From: Podarcis liolepis
Taxonomy: Eukaryota
DNA: 64,000 nucleotides
Strand: one strand, 5' to 3'
Assembly: GCA_965112155.1 (NCBI GenBank)
Contig: OZ218114.1
In this document: in pieces, positions 51,501 to 63,787 of the stretch
How positions within the stretch are numbered: the first letter of the stretch is position 1
Layout: the number at the start of each line of letters is the position of its first letter
The notes under the pieces: generated by a model
Seen by the model: only the letters and a program-made list of their open reading frames with translations
Database searches by the model: none
What the model was told of the DNA's origin: nothing
Position numbers and translations under genes: made by a program

Positions 51501-52860
51501 CTTTCCCATTCCATTCTGTATTTGCTGCATGCAGCCCTGTTTTCGTCCTGCTGTAATTAGTAATGTAATTTACGCTGTCTTAACATTATTTCACCCCACC
51601 CATTTCAGTGCAGAGGAAGTTGAATGCAAATAGGGAAGAAACTTAATCTACTGTGTATCCTTGTGGACTGAAAGCAACAACAGCAGTAAACGCTGTTTTC
51701 TATTCGAGACATGAGATGAATAAACGAACACCAGCAATTTCTGCTCCCTGGCATCCCTACAAATTGGACCATGTAGCTCAGTATTGTCTGCACTGACTGG
51801 CAGCAGCTCTCCAGGGTTTCAGGCAGGAATCCTTCTCAGCCCTACCTGGAGATGCTGGAGATTGAATCTGGGAGCTTCTGCACACAAAGCAGATGTCCGT
51901 CTGCAACTGAACCACTGCCCTTTCCTTACACTTAAATCCAAATCAATATCCACTGGCCCATACCAAGGTTGTGTTGCAGTCAGGATATACTCAGTGTGCA
52001 GCAGGAATGGCAAGTTTACAGCTGGTGGGCAGGATCTGTCTCACAAAGCAATTTTGTATGGCCCAAGGCAAGCCACCCAAACTTTAATCAAGGGTTGGAA
52101 ATGGTTTGCCCTCCATTTCACTCACTAGGAATACAAAATGCTTTCAAGAATTGTGCGCAAAAAGGAGAAAAAGAAGAGATTTCTATGCAATGCCCCTGTC
52201 ATGTACCCATACACAGAAACACCTTTTCCATATACAGGGCCAGGAGCATGCTAAATTGAACAGCCACAAAAACAAGGTGCTTTAGTGAGCAAAGAATCCA
52301 GCTGAGAATCTTAGCTTTCATTTCTTTTGAAATCAAGTTTGTATCCCTCACGGCTGCAAAGATATGCTTGAACATGCATTGGCTATGGCTGCTAAAATCT
52401 CCAAAGCCAGAGGAGCAGCTGAGTAAGATTTGCACATAAATTATACAGGTTTCTTACTAAGTCTCTAGACGCGGATACAGAATTTATGATTATTTTAATA
52501 CAGCCCTGTCCATAATTAAGTACCTGTTGCTAAGTGGCATTGGGTTTGTCTGGTAAAATGCATTTCTGGGCTCAAACTATTGACTGGAGAACAGGGGGTG
52601 CCCAAGAATACAGTTCTCTCTCTCTCTGATGCAGAAATAAAAAGCTTGCTTATTTTTCTGCCCAATCACTGGTGCAGCGCAAATCTTGAAGAAAGGCCAT
52701 TTCAATCTTTTCAAATTTATGTTTCTAATCCAATTTGCTTGCATGTCTTCCTCTCTCTCAGATTTACAATGCAATTTAATTATCTGAATTTCTTCAGTGA
52801 AAGAGATAATCAGATAGAAAGGCTTCTGGACTGGAGGGGCTAACCTGCACAAACAATATA

Positions 52861-53449
52861 CCGCATTTTTCGCCCTATAGGACGCACTTTCCCCCCTCCA
52901 AAAATGAAGGGGAAATGTGTGTGCGTCCTATGGGGCGAATGCAGGCTTTCACTGAAGCCTGGAGAGCGAGAGGGGTCGGTGCGCACCGACCCCTCTCGCT
53001 CTCCAGGCTTCAGGAGAGCCCCAGCGCCAGCCCCACAAGGTCGGGGGACAGAGGGAGGCGGAACGCCGCCATCCTGCTGTCTCCCGAAGTGGTTTGGACG
53101 CTGACGGCGGGGAGACTCCGCCGTCAGCCCCACAAGCTCCGGGGACAGCTGGGAGACGCAGCGCGTCTTCCTGCTGTCCCCGGACCTGATCTGAAGGTGG
53201 GCGACGGGGAGAAGAGCGCTTCTCCCCGCTGCCTGCCCCACAAGCTCCAGGGACAGCTGGGAGACACAGCGCGTCTTCCCGTTGTCCGCGGACCTGATCT
53301 CAAGGCGGGCGGCGGGGAGAAGAGTGCTTCTCCCCGCTACCTGCCCCACAAGCGCCTGGGGGGGAAATAAATTTTTTTTCTTTATTTCCCCCCCCAAAAA
53401 ACTTGATGCGTCCTATGGGCCGGTGCGTCCTATGGGGCGAAAAATACGG
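52861..53449. mobile_element. Tc2/mariner-like non-autonomous element with palindromic GC-rich core
   Basis: 27-bp TIRs (2 mismatches), TA TSD; 62-bp palindrome; 108-bp tandem unit. Confidence 0.85.
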
Positions 53450-53571
53450 TAGAAATATCTACATGTATATAATTATCTACTTGAATTCTAATCATTTTTC
53501 AGGAAAGACACTGAAAAATAAAACACAAACATGTTACTATTATTATTATTCTGAGAAGGAAGGAATCTTAC

Positions 53572-53645
53572 CTTCTTAATATACTGTCCCTTCAAATCAC
53601 TTTCCCCAGCAACACTATTTTCCATGCCTTTGTCATCTTCTTTTT
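53572..53645 (-). CDS. HOATZ: HOATZ internal exon
   Basis: EKEDDKGMENSVAGESDLKGQYIKK (human ...ESEEKVKYLQK); donor GTAAGA, phase 1 to 0. Confidence 0.82.
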
Positions 53646-53923
53646 CTAAATAAAACAAATGAAAGTAAAACAGTGAGGTTGCAGTCCTAATTCCATTTAC
53701 CTGGGAATAAGCCCCATTTATGGAATAATTCAAAACTGTATGGAGCAATAGCCACTAATACGTAAGCAAACAATGGTAAGATAGAATGAAGGCATATAGC
53801 AAGATGAGGAGGGTGAATGGTTAAGGTAGACTCCCCAAAAAAGGAACAGCTGTCCATTTTTAGTCAGAATAGAGCCAATTTCCCCAAAGATCTCTCGTCT
53901 AGTCTCCTGCAGACAATTCTTAC

Positions 53924-53938
53924 CCACTGCAGGCAAAC
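53924..53938 (-). CDS. HOATZ: Putative HOATZ 15-nt micro-exon
   Basis: cttttag|GTTTGCCTGCAGTGG|gtaaga; frame-preserving phase 1-1 (xLPAV). Confidence 0.5.
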
Positions 53939-54428
53939 CTAAAAGGAGCTACTTCTAAATCTGCTGAAAAGTGCTTTTCTTTTTTAAAGAAATAAAAATT
54001 TTGGGTACTCCTGTGGCCAAGAGGAGGCACATTAAATAGTGGGGTGATCTGGAGAAGAAATGGAAAATCATTTCCTAGGGCAAAGAGACCCTGCATTCAT
54101 TTCAAATCAATCCTGCAAAGTGAACTGCAGGTTGACTGGAGAATATGTGGGCTGGTGTCAGGACTTACAGGCAAAGGGGGCTATCCGATGCCCTCAGGAA
54201 ACTGGGGTGGCAACCCATGGGCAATTATCAGTAAGAGGAGAAAAACAGTGATTCCTTCCTGCACCTCCACCCCCCCACCCCCCCACAGTGTCTTCTCCAG
54301 TTTAACAAAGGGATGCCTCTGGTATCCCACCTGATTACTCTGCAGGCAGATGGGGGCTCCTAATGATTAAAAGGTAGATAAGCTTGAAGGGATGGCCTTA
54401 GATGTAACAGAGGATGCTCACCCAGACC

Positions 54429-54606
54429 CATAGCTGTCAACTTTCAGATTTGAAAATAAGGGATCAGTAGCCTTGAAAAGAAGGGATCAGCAGCCTCGCT
54501 TGTCCTAGGGACAGTCTACGGGCTATCTAACAATCCGAGATAGCAGTGGGAAACGGCACTGGAATAAGGGAATTTCCTGCAAAAAACGGGAAGGTTGACA
54601 GCTATG
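54429..54606. mobile_element. hAT-type MITE
   Basis: TIR CATAGCTGTCAAC; perfect TSD CCCAGACC. Confidence 0.85.
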
Positions 54607-55005
54607 CCCAGACCCCATGAATAGAACAGTAACACCCCAGAAGATGGGGAGATGGCGGTGTATGGTAGTAACTTCGACTAATAGAAGAGGAGACTGTTGA
54701 ACAAGTGTGGTTAAAATGTTGGATGAGGACCTGCGAGGCCCACATAGCCACGAAGCTCCCTGGGTGACTTGTGGGGATCTGTCCCTCTCTCAGACTATCC
54801 TACCCTGCAGGGTTGTTGTGAGAACCAGTTAAATATACACTCCTAGTAGCAGTTTGCTGGACTTAGGACCTGCAAGACCAGGGTTCGAATCCCCACTCAA
54901 GCCTCTCTCAGCCTAACCTACCCCACAGGGCTGCTGGGAGGGTAAGATGGAGAGAACCATGTAGGCCACATTGAGCTCCTTGGAGGGAAGTGCAATAAAA
55001 CAATA

Positions 55006-55462
55006 CAGTGGTACCTTGGTTCTCAAACGCCTTGGTATTCAAACAACTTGGAACCCAAACTCTGCAAACCCGGAAGTGTTCCGGTTTGTGAACATTTTTT
55101 GGAAGCCGAATGTGCTCCGTTTTGAGTGTTGTTTCTGATTTGAGTGCTGCACTTCTGTTTTGAGTGTTATGCGGAGGTCTGTCCATTTTTGCTATTTTGC
55201 AGCTTTTTGTTTCGTTTCTGTGACCGTGTGGAACCCAGTTCAGCTACTGATTGATTGACTGTGTGACTGCAGTACATTGTTTATCTCTTTCATTTTATGG
55301 ATCAAAATGGTTTCGTTAGATAGTAAAATTCATGTTAAATTGCTGTTTTAGGGGTTAGTTTTAAGAGTCTGGAATGGATTAATCTATTTTGCATTACTTT
55401 GTTCATTTGGTTTTGGAACGGACTTCTGGAACGGATTAAGTTTGAGAACCAAGGTACCACTG
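55006..55462. mobile_element. Tigger-like MITE subfamily C
   Basis: TIR CAGTGGTACCTTGGTTCTCAAAC, TA TSD. Confidence 0.85.
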
Positions 55463-55467
55463 TACAG

Positions 55468-55732
55468 TAAAAGGTAAAGTTAAAGGGACCCCTGACCATT
55501 AGGTCCAGTTGTGACCAACTCTGGGGTTGCGGCGTTCATTTCACTTTATTGGCCGAGGGAGCCGGCATACAGCTTCCGGCTCATGTGGCCAGCATGACTA
55601 AGCCACTTCTGGTGAACCAGAGCAACATACGGAAACGCCGTTTACCTTCCTGGCGGAGCGGTACCTATTTATCTACTTGCACTTTGACGTGCTTTCAAAC
55701 TGCTAGGTGGGCAGGAGCAGGGACCCTTGGGG
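55468..55732 (-). mobile_element. Sauria SINE, partial
   Basis: Reverse complement of the 28695/40380 copies. Confidence 0.8.
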
Positions 55733-55749
55733 ATTTGAACCGTGGACCC

Positions 55750-56490
55750 ATTCCGTGGGCTAACCCACAGCGCCACCCGCGTCCCTGTACAGTACACACA
55801 ACAAAACAGGCCCAGGGCTGAGGATGCGCACGCAGGCCACGCCCCTTTTTCCCAGGGGAGAAAGGACATGCACTCTGCACGTGCCCCGGGGCACCCTGAC
55901 TTTCCCCTCGCTCGCAGCCAGCGGGGAGGAGGAAGCCCTGCCAGGGGAAAAGAAGGGGGGGCGAGGGGAGGGAAGCCAAGGGAACCAGGGGCGCTGCTTC
56001 TTCTCCCTCCTCACTGTTGTCGGGGGTGCGGGGGATTTGCAGGCTGGTACCGCTCGCCCGGGAGCTCTTCCTGGAGCTGGAGCCGCTGGCCGAGTCCCTT
56101 CGCGGCCCCAGGCGGGACTCGAGCGGCGGCTGGAGGGTGACGGAGTTCCAGAAGGACTTGGCCAGCGTCACGTCCTGCTCGCAGGAGCCCGTGAAGGCCA
56201 GGAAGGCGGGAGAAGGCGGCGTCGGAGAAGCCATGGCGGCCGCGGCTGCCGTCGTCGGAGGGGCCTCAGGCCTCGCCGTCTCCGGCGTCTCCGGCCTCGG
56301 CGTTTCCATGGCTCCCGGAGGAGGAGGAGGCCTCGCGCTCTCCTTCCCGCCCTTGCGCTCCGGCGGCTCACCTGCCTCCTGCTGGCAACCGTCGCTCTGG
56401 GCCTCCCTCTGCCCCGGATGAAGGGGGATTCGGAGTAGAGGCAGAAAGCGGGGTGGCCGAGGAAAGGTGGCGCGGCCTGGGCCTCGGGAT
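55750..56490. promoter_or_regulatory. HOATZ CpG island
   Basis: CpG-rich block over exon 1. Confidence 0.7.
56015..56309 (-). CDS. HOATZ: HOATZ (C11orf88) coding exon 1
   Basis: METP...FLAFTGSCEQDVTLAKSFWNSVTLQPPLESRL matches the HOATZ motif (human LVFAGSSEQDANLAKQFW); gccATGG context; donor ACA|GTGAGG at 56015, in-phase alternative at 56051. Confidence 0.88.
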
Positions 56491-56654
56491 ATTACTATGT
56501 GTCTCCTATTCGTTTCATAACGTTCATTTCTTTTATATATATCATAATTTGTATTAGTTTTCCATTGCAATCCAGTAATAGTCTCATTATAACAACGCCA
56601 AATTATAATACAATTACCAATACCAGTCATTCATATACCAAATTATAATATAAG

Positions 56655-56744
56655 CATAGCTGTCAACTTTTCCCTTTTCTTGAGAGGAATCCTATTCAGA
56701 ATAAGGGAATTTCCCTTTAAAAAAGGGAAAAGTTGTCAGCTATG
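56655..56744. mobile_element. hAT-type MITE just upstream of HOATZ
   Basis: TIRs; perfect TSD AATATAAG. Confidence 0.85.
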
Positions 56745-59491
56745 AATATAAGTACCCCCCCCGCCCGCATGCTAGAATTGATGGATTGATGATTTACTTT
56801 ATTTCTGCGTTACAAAATCTTACTAATTTCAATCACACTCCAGTCAGAGTAACAATCCCTTATACAACAACTGCAATATTAACAACTTCCATTCGTATTG
56901 ACACATTAAATGATTGATAAAACTACAGGTGAGGCACTCAAACTATATATCCTTGTTCTTCCTGTGTGTGGCAATTATTCTGTCCGTCCGTGATGTTCCT
57001 TCCTGTCCTTGTAAAATATTATGATGGAGAACAGCAACAACCGGGAAAAGAGAGACATAATATTTCATAACATTCATTTCTGTACCGCCTCCACTGTAAA
57101 GAAAAACCCTCAGGGTCTGTAATTATTTCATTGTTTCCTATTTATTAAATTCCATACCCTCCAATGTTTCTCTGATGAAAATAGGGATGTCCCATTCCAT
57201 AATAATAACTTTACCATTTGTACCCCTCTCATCGGACCACGTTGCCCCAGCCACTCTGGGCGGCTTCCAACACATATAAAAACATGATTTAAAATGTTTC
57301 CTATACAGGGCTGCCTTTCAGTTGGCTCGGGGGTTGGATAACTCAACACCCTCCCAACACTTCTCTGATGAAAATAGGGGCGTCCTAAGGAAAAGGGGAC
57401 ATTCTGGGATCAAATCAGAAACCGGGATGGGTTATTGTAAAATCAGGGCTGTCCCTGGAAAATAGGGACACTTGGAGGGTCTGCCCTCTACCCGCAGATC
57501 TCAGGGTGGTTCACAACAAAAAGATTGCAACCTCCCCCCCCAAAAAAGCCCACTTTTAATGGGCATCATCAGGTACACAGGGCACCTTTTTCTGGAAGAA
57601 AAGTACTGGTTAAAAATGTGGCACTTACTCTAACAACTGGTGAGTATTGGCACCATTTTTTCGTAGCAGAATAGCACTGGGCATCATCGAGATGTTGCAG
57701 GAAAACAACTCCCATCGGTCCCAGCCAGCACAATATTCTACCTGGGACTGATGGGAGTTGTAGCCCAACAACATCTCGAGGGCACCAGGTTGGCAAAGGT
57801 TGCTCCAGAAAAAGTGTAACCTGTTAGGATATTTCCGTTCCACCTTAAAAGGGAGCAGGCTTTGTGAGTCAGAGTCTGCGCATGTCCTGTTCACAGGATG
57901 CTTATGTTTGCTATTGCTTTCGTTTCTCTCTCTGTCAGAGACACTGACGCAGGCAGTCATGGTTTTCTTTGTTCTGATCAATGCAGAATAAAACTTGTAA
58001 ATAATGCTCTCCTGAGTGCAACTTTTGGCTGTGCATTATCTGCTGATAAAGAGTGTGCATGAGCTCCAGAATGTGGGAAGCTATTTCAGGAAACTCATGT
58101 CGCTAATTGCTGATACTGCGTGCCTACGGGAGATCGATGGATCGTCCGGCAGACGGCTTGGGGCCATGATGGACTTTATCTCCCTGGCAGTATCCCAACA
58201 TGATGCTCTCCAAACGTTGGATTGCAAGTGCCATAATCTCTCACCATTGACCATAATGGAAGGGGCAGGTGGGAATTGTAGTCCACAATGTGGCATCTTG
58301 CGTGTTGTCTGTGTTCAGGGGAACATGACGGCTGCTTTGCATCGAATTGGCTGTCTTCGTCTGTCAATCACAGTGTTGTTGACACTAACTGGTGGCAGCT
58401 CTGCAGGGTTTCAAGCAGAGTTCTCACCCAGTCCTACCTGGAGAGGCTGGGGGTTGAGCCAGAAACCTTTTTGCATCCAAAGCAGATGATCTACCACTGA
58501 GCTAGGGCTCACTGATTCATTGAGGCTGTATCACCATCACTGAACTCACTTCCTGCATTTGTAGGTGGGCAGCTCGTGAGGGCCACTGTTGACAGGATGC
58601 CCAATTGGTGGGTATTTGCAGAATTTTCAGGAATGCTTGGAGGGGTGTGTGTGTGGAGGTGTCTGTCATTTTCCTGCTGTTTTCTGGTGTAGTGTCTTTC
58701 CTCCCATGTTTGCTGAGTATGCATTGGATACAGTAGCCGTTCTGCAGGGATAGGGGCAGTGCATCTCTGGCCCCTGCATAATATGAGTATAGGCTGGGCA
58801 ACACATACATGGGGCCTTGTAAATTAACAATAAGCTAATAAATCATAATGGAGAGTCAGAATAACCATCTTGATAGTTTAGCAGAATGGCAGGCAGGTTT
58901 AACTTTTTATTTAACAAAATGTATGCAACACGGATTCAAAAGACCTCTAAGCGATTTGCAAAAGACAATCTGAAATATTAATTATGTTTAAAAACATTCT
59001 GAAATATTAATTATGTTTAAAAACATTTAAAAAGTGTTTACATATATATATGTGTGTCTCTCTGTGTGTGATAAAACCAGTAATTTAGAAGCAATTATGC
59101 TTACTAAAATCACATTACACAGAAAATCATATCACAATTGTATACTAAAATTACATGTCTTGTTAGGTGTGCTGGAAGATAAACATTTTTAGTAGGCACT
59201 GATAATAATGCAGCCAAGGTAGTATCTGTGGGCAGGGTATTCCATGGCTGCCACACTGAAGAATTGATTCCTTGCAAGTGTGGAACAAACTGTGGCGCTT
59301 ACAAGCGCCAGTTCCCAGATCTATGTGGTCTAGCAGGTACATATGAGGTACATAGATGCCATCTTCTGGAGGGGACCTCTTCAGTTCTTTACCTTCTGTA
59401 TTGATTTTTCTTCAAAGAATGCTACTTCCAGGCCTCAGTTGCCAAAGCTTCCATGCAAACAGTCGTGTTTCCTAGCCAGAGGTGAGACAGA

Positions 59492-59566
59492 CCATTTTAC
59501 CTGGCCGTGTTGTTAGTGACTGTTGCCTTCGTCAGTCAGCTAACTACACTGCCTAGTAACAAGGCT
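59492..59566 (-). ncRNA. MIR34C: pre-miR-34c (5p arm ~59533-59554)
   Basis: Hairpin GTTACT-AGGCAGTGTAGTTAGCTGACTG-loop-CAGTCACTAACAACACGGCCAGG-TAAAA matches the mir-34c precursor; syntenic position. Confidence 0.93.
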
Positions 59567-60814
59567 GGTGTTTAGACTCTTTCCAGCAGCCTAATTTCCT
59601 CCTTAACTCTGCAAGCCTCCCACATTATCTTAAATGACAGCAATTAGATTTAAGCCTACCTTTTGTAGTTAGATCTTACAGAAAATACATCCAACTCAAC
59701 GGTTAATTTTCAAAAAGAGGGCTCAGTTTGAACCCTGCGCTGAAGACAAAATGGTATGTTTGCACAGAATGGGGCAGGATGCTTCCTCTGCATTATGTAT
59801 GTTACACCTGTGTTTTAACAGAATACACAATACCCTTTACATTAAATAGGGCACAATACCCTTTACATTAAAAAAGTGGAAAAAAGTGATGGTGGTCTTG
59901 CAATTGCTATTATAGAATCACAGAGTTGGAAAGGACCCATATAAATCTAGTTAAGTGTTCTTCAACCTGTGGCCCTCCAGGCTTCATTGGACTACAACTC
60001 CCATCATCCCATGCTGGTTGGGGCTGAAGGGAGTTGGAGTCCAACAACATCTGGAGGGTGGCAGGTTCCCCATCCCTCCTTTAGCTTCTGGATATGTTTG
60101 CACTTCCTTAGGGTGAAGAGTGCATAAAATAACAACAATACTTTTCCAGGCAGCCACCATTTACTCCCCCAAAAATTTCAGCAGTATTTCACTTCTATCT
60201 ACTGTTTGCACATAGTTCTTTCAGCAGGGATCAAACTGCTGGTGCTCCTTTTTGCTCTGCTCCCCAGGCATGTCAAGGAGAAGAAACATCACCTGTCTCC
60301 TATTCCCTTACATGGCGTAAGGAAGAAAACGAGCACTATCTTTGAAAAAGGCCACTCTGGCCAACTCTTTCTGCCCCCAAAGCATAGTAATTCATGCTCC
60401 ATTTCAAAACCAATACATTGGTTTAGCTGTTGGAAAAAAGTCAAGGCTGGCTGAAAGGATGGAGGAGCCTTCAGTGTTCCCAAATGTGTGATCGATAATG
60501 ACTTTGAGCATTGCATATGGACAAAAGCTAGAATCAGATGCAACCACATACAACTTGCTTCACTTCTGTCAACTCTTGATTGCAAAGAGAGCATCCCATG
60601 CTAACCAGGTTCCTATGATACTGCTCTCTCCTCTTGTGATAAAGGGGAGAGACACAAGAAGTGGGGGATATTAAAAGGAGTTGCGTATGCAGAGTGAGCT
60701 CCCCTACTCTGTGGTTTATGTAGCATAATAGGAAAACTAGACCTTAAATACACGGTTGCAGGATATCTGTCCTCCAGCAGCAAATTCAGGCCAGGTGACC
60801 ACTAACACTGGATT

Positions 60815-61311
60815 TGTAAGGCAGCCTTTGCCAACCTGGTGCCGGTGTGCTGGCTGGGGCTGCCGGGGGTTGCAGTCCAGGAGGGCACCGGGTTGGCAAA
60901 GGCTGTGAAAGGCTAGGTCCCTCAGACTAGGATGCCAGGGCCTTGCTTCCTACACCATTTAGGCAGAAGGAGCGTCCAGAGGTGACCCCTGAGCAGCGTT
61001 ACGAAACTTCACCCACTGACTCCATCACTACCCAGTCAGGTGACCCAGAAAACCAATGTAGCTCCACCATGCTCTATAAATGGCATGTCCCATATGCTCT
61101 TCCTTCCTGTAGAGAATTATTTGGCAGGTTCCGCTTCCTCAGGCACACGGCTGCTTTGGGAACCTTGCCTTTTTTGCCTGCCTTAGACTGGCACTTGGCC
61201 TCTGTCTGCTTCTCTCTCCCACTTCACCCCTGGTGCTTTGCTTCTTCCTGATCCCAGGGCTCTGATCCTTCCACCCCACCCCATTCAACCCTGGCCAAAT
61301 TCTGCTGTGAC
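60815..61311. mobile_element. Possible solo LTR with a small hAT MITE (~60822-60905) near its left end
   Basis: TGT...ACA ends with GGATT/GGATC flanks; inner TIR CAGCCTTTGCCAACC. Confidence 0.5.
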
Positions 61312-61598
61312 AGGATCATGCCCAACCAGTGCTAAAATCGTAACAAGGCTGCCAGTGTGTTCCTAATGTTGCGGGTCACGCAGCAACACAGATTCTTGGC
61401 GACCATCCAGCGTACTTCCTTGAGTCAGCATCATCTCTTAAAAGCCCCTTTGTCTTGCTTGCTGGTGAGCTGGTGGCTTCTACGAAGAAACAGGATATTA
61501 TGAACAGAGACAGATAGTAATTCTTTGGGTTCAAGCCGAGAACCAGCTTTCCGGATGTTTTCTGCAGCGCTGGTGAGGTCTGCCATTGGGGGAATTCT

Positions 61599-61684
61599 GC
61601 GCCTTGTTTTGATAACAGTGAAGCTAGTGATTGCTCATGGAAACGGATACAATCAGCTAACTACACTGCCTACAAACCAAATGC
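61599..61684 (-). ncRNA. MIR34B: pre-miR-34b (5p arm ~61649-61671)
   Basis: GGTTTGT-AGGCAGTGTAGTTAGCTGATTGT-loop-CAATCACTAGCTTCACTGTTATC-AAAACAAGGC matches the mir-34b precursor. Confidence 0.93.
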
Positions 61685-62504
61685 TACTTCTGCAGCATCC
61701 GAGCCTGAAAAAGACAAAACGTTTCCAGCAATTACACCTCCCGTTCGCTCGTTCCTTTGCTTTGAAATAATAAAGTGCACTTTATTTTGCATGCTGTGCC
61801 AGGGCTGTGTGTATTCTCATTTTCCAGCTGCTGGCATAAAGTTAGGTAATGAAAGCAGAATTCAATCTGCTGTGAATCCTCATTTTCCATATTATTATGT
61901 TTTTAAATCAAGTTTCTAGTCTAAGATGGCCACAAAGAGCTTTGAAAGTCTGAAAGCAATACGTGGTAAACTCTCAAAAGCTAGAGGTGACTGGATAGTG
62001 TTCTGGTGGTCAGAGAACGGTGCAGTGCCCTTCACAATTTTTATTTTTATTTTGGTCTTTTTGCACGACTACCTATATACATATATACTATAGGCACGGG
62101 TCTTTTCCTCAGCATGGAGTACACCTGGTTGTGACTCCTCACTGTAGCAGTCCCCAGAGTTCCCTCATGCTTTAGTGTGGCTGAGAAACAAACCCGAAGA
62201 ATGTGTTGGGGGTCTATGGAAAGAAACAGGATTTTTCCTTGGCTCCCATTCACTCTTACGGGGCCACAATCTTGGAGATTTGCAGGGGGCAAACTAGCCC
62301 CAGCCCAATGGTGCCCTTAAACTTCTCCTGATAGGGATGGGTAAAAGGGACCCATCATTTGGTGGCAGTGTTGTAATGGGTGGGGCAAAGCCTAGCTTCC
62401 ACTCTTTTCCAGCCTCAGGAAACAAGCGCCTCTCCCCTCCGAGCATACAAGGTATCAGGGGGCTCAGCAATGCTGAGTGTTGCTTGCCCAAACAAGGAAC
62501 ACAA

Positions 62505-62760
62505 GAAGAAGGAGGAGGAGGAGTGTGGTGTTGATATCCCACTTTATCGCTACCCTAAGGAGTCTCAAAGCGGCTAACATTCTCCTTTCCCTTCCTCCCC
62601 CACAACAAACACTCCGTGAGGTGAGTGGGGCTGGGAGACTTCAGAGAAGTGTGACTAGCCCAAGGTCGCCCAGCAGATGCATGTGGAGGAGCAGAGATGT
62701 GAACCTGGTTCACCAGATTACGAGTCTACTGCTCTTAACCACCACACCACACTGGCTCTC
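62505..62760 (-). mobile_element. Squam3-like SINE
   Basis: Copy of 43007-43297. Confidence 0.8.
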
Positions 62761-63787
62761 AGAGAACATAGAGAGCTGCCTTATACCAAATCAGACCATT
62801 GGTCCATGTAGCTCAATACTGTCTACTCTGACTGGCAGTGGCTCTCTGGGGTTTCAAGCAGGAATCTTCCCCAACCCTATGTGGAGATGCCAGGAACTGA
62901 ACCTGGGACCTCACTGCAGACAGGGCAGCTGCTGTACCACTGAGCTATGATCCTGCACCTGATCCTCTGTACCACCACATATTGGCCATAGTCCAATCCC
63001 TTGTAGACCTCTACCAGAGACAAATTAGCAGCATCAGCATCAGGAATAAGGTCGGGTGGGTGGGAAATCAAACATTCCTCATATATCTCAAAAGTCTCAT
63101 TTGCCTCTGAACATAGTATCTTCAATACACCTCCTCTGGTACAAGTTACGTAAAAGAAACTGTAGCAGTTGCCTTTAAGAAGCTTACCTTGCAGTAATCC
63201 CGCCAACTTTATAATTAATTACAACAGCCTGGAATCAGTTCAAAACTTGAGCTAGGAAGCGGGGGAAATCAACAACGCCTTTGAATTTCTTTTCCCTAAT
63301 GGATAATCTCCTCCTTAACCTGCTTTTTAGTTTCTTAAAGCCGCAAATCCTGTTGATGAAAGAGGGACTTCTTTTGGTGGAAAAAAAGAAAAAGAAAGGA
63401 AAGATCAACCTGAAAAATAACCTGCCCACCTCAATCTATCAATTTCTAAACCTGAATCACAGAATTGAAGAGTTGGAAGGGACCACAAGGGCCATCTAGT
63501 CCAACCCCCTACAATTCAGAAATCTTTTGCACAAAGATTTGATTCTGATCGAAATAAGATGCTCCATAAGCAAGAGATCCCACCTGTTTCATCCCTGCTC
63601 TCTCAACAGCCTTTGCACCAGACTGGCCTCAAACAAGACATGGGGCAGTCCCAGGCCCGACGTTTGTGTATACTCTGTAGTCATGGATGCTCAGGTGTGG
63701 CACAGGTGTGACTACAGATTAGCTCTCTGAAGGGGGTGGATTGACTTCACTCTTGTGGTGGTTGCATTGTGCAACGTTTCCATGGGT

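Noticed and set aside
53128-53360. CRISPR-like array
   Set aside because: Eukaryotic context; a tandem duplication without unique spacers inside a TIR element.
55695-56630. 311-aa ORF as a single-exon gene
   Set aside because: Only the central part matches HOATZ; flanks are upstream and intronic sequence.
58970-59027. 29-bp tandem duplication (another short one near 59826-59870)
   Set aside because: Ordinary local slippage with no sign of function.
62877-63499. BTG4 exons expected from synteny
   Set aside because: No listed ORF resembles the BTG/Tob domain.
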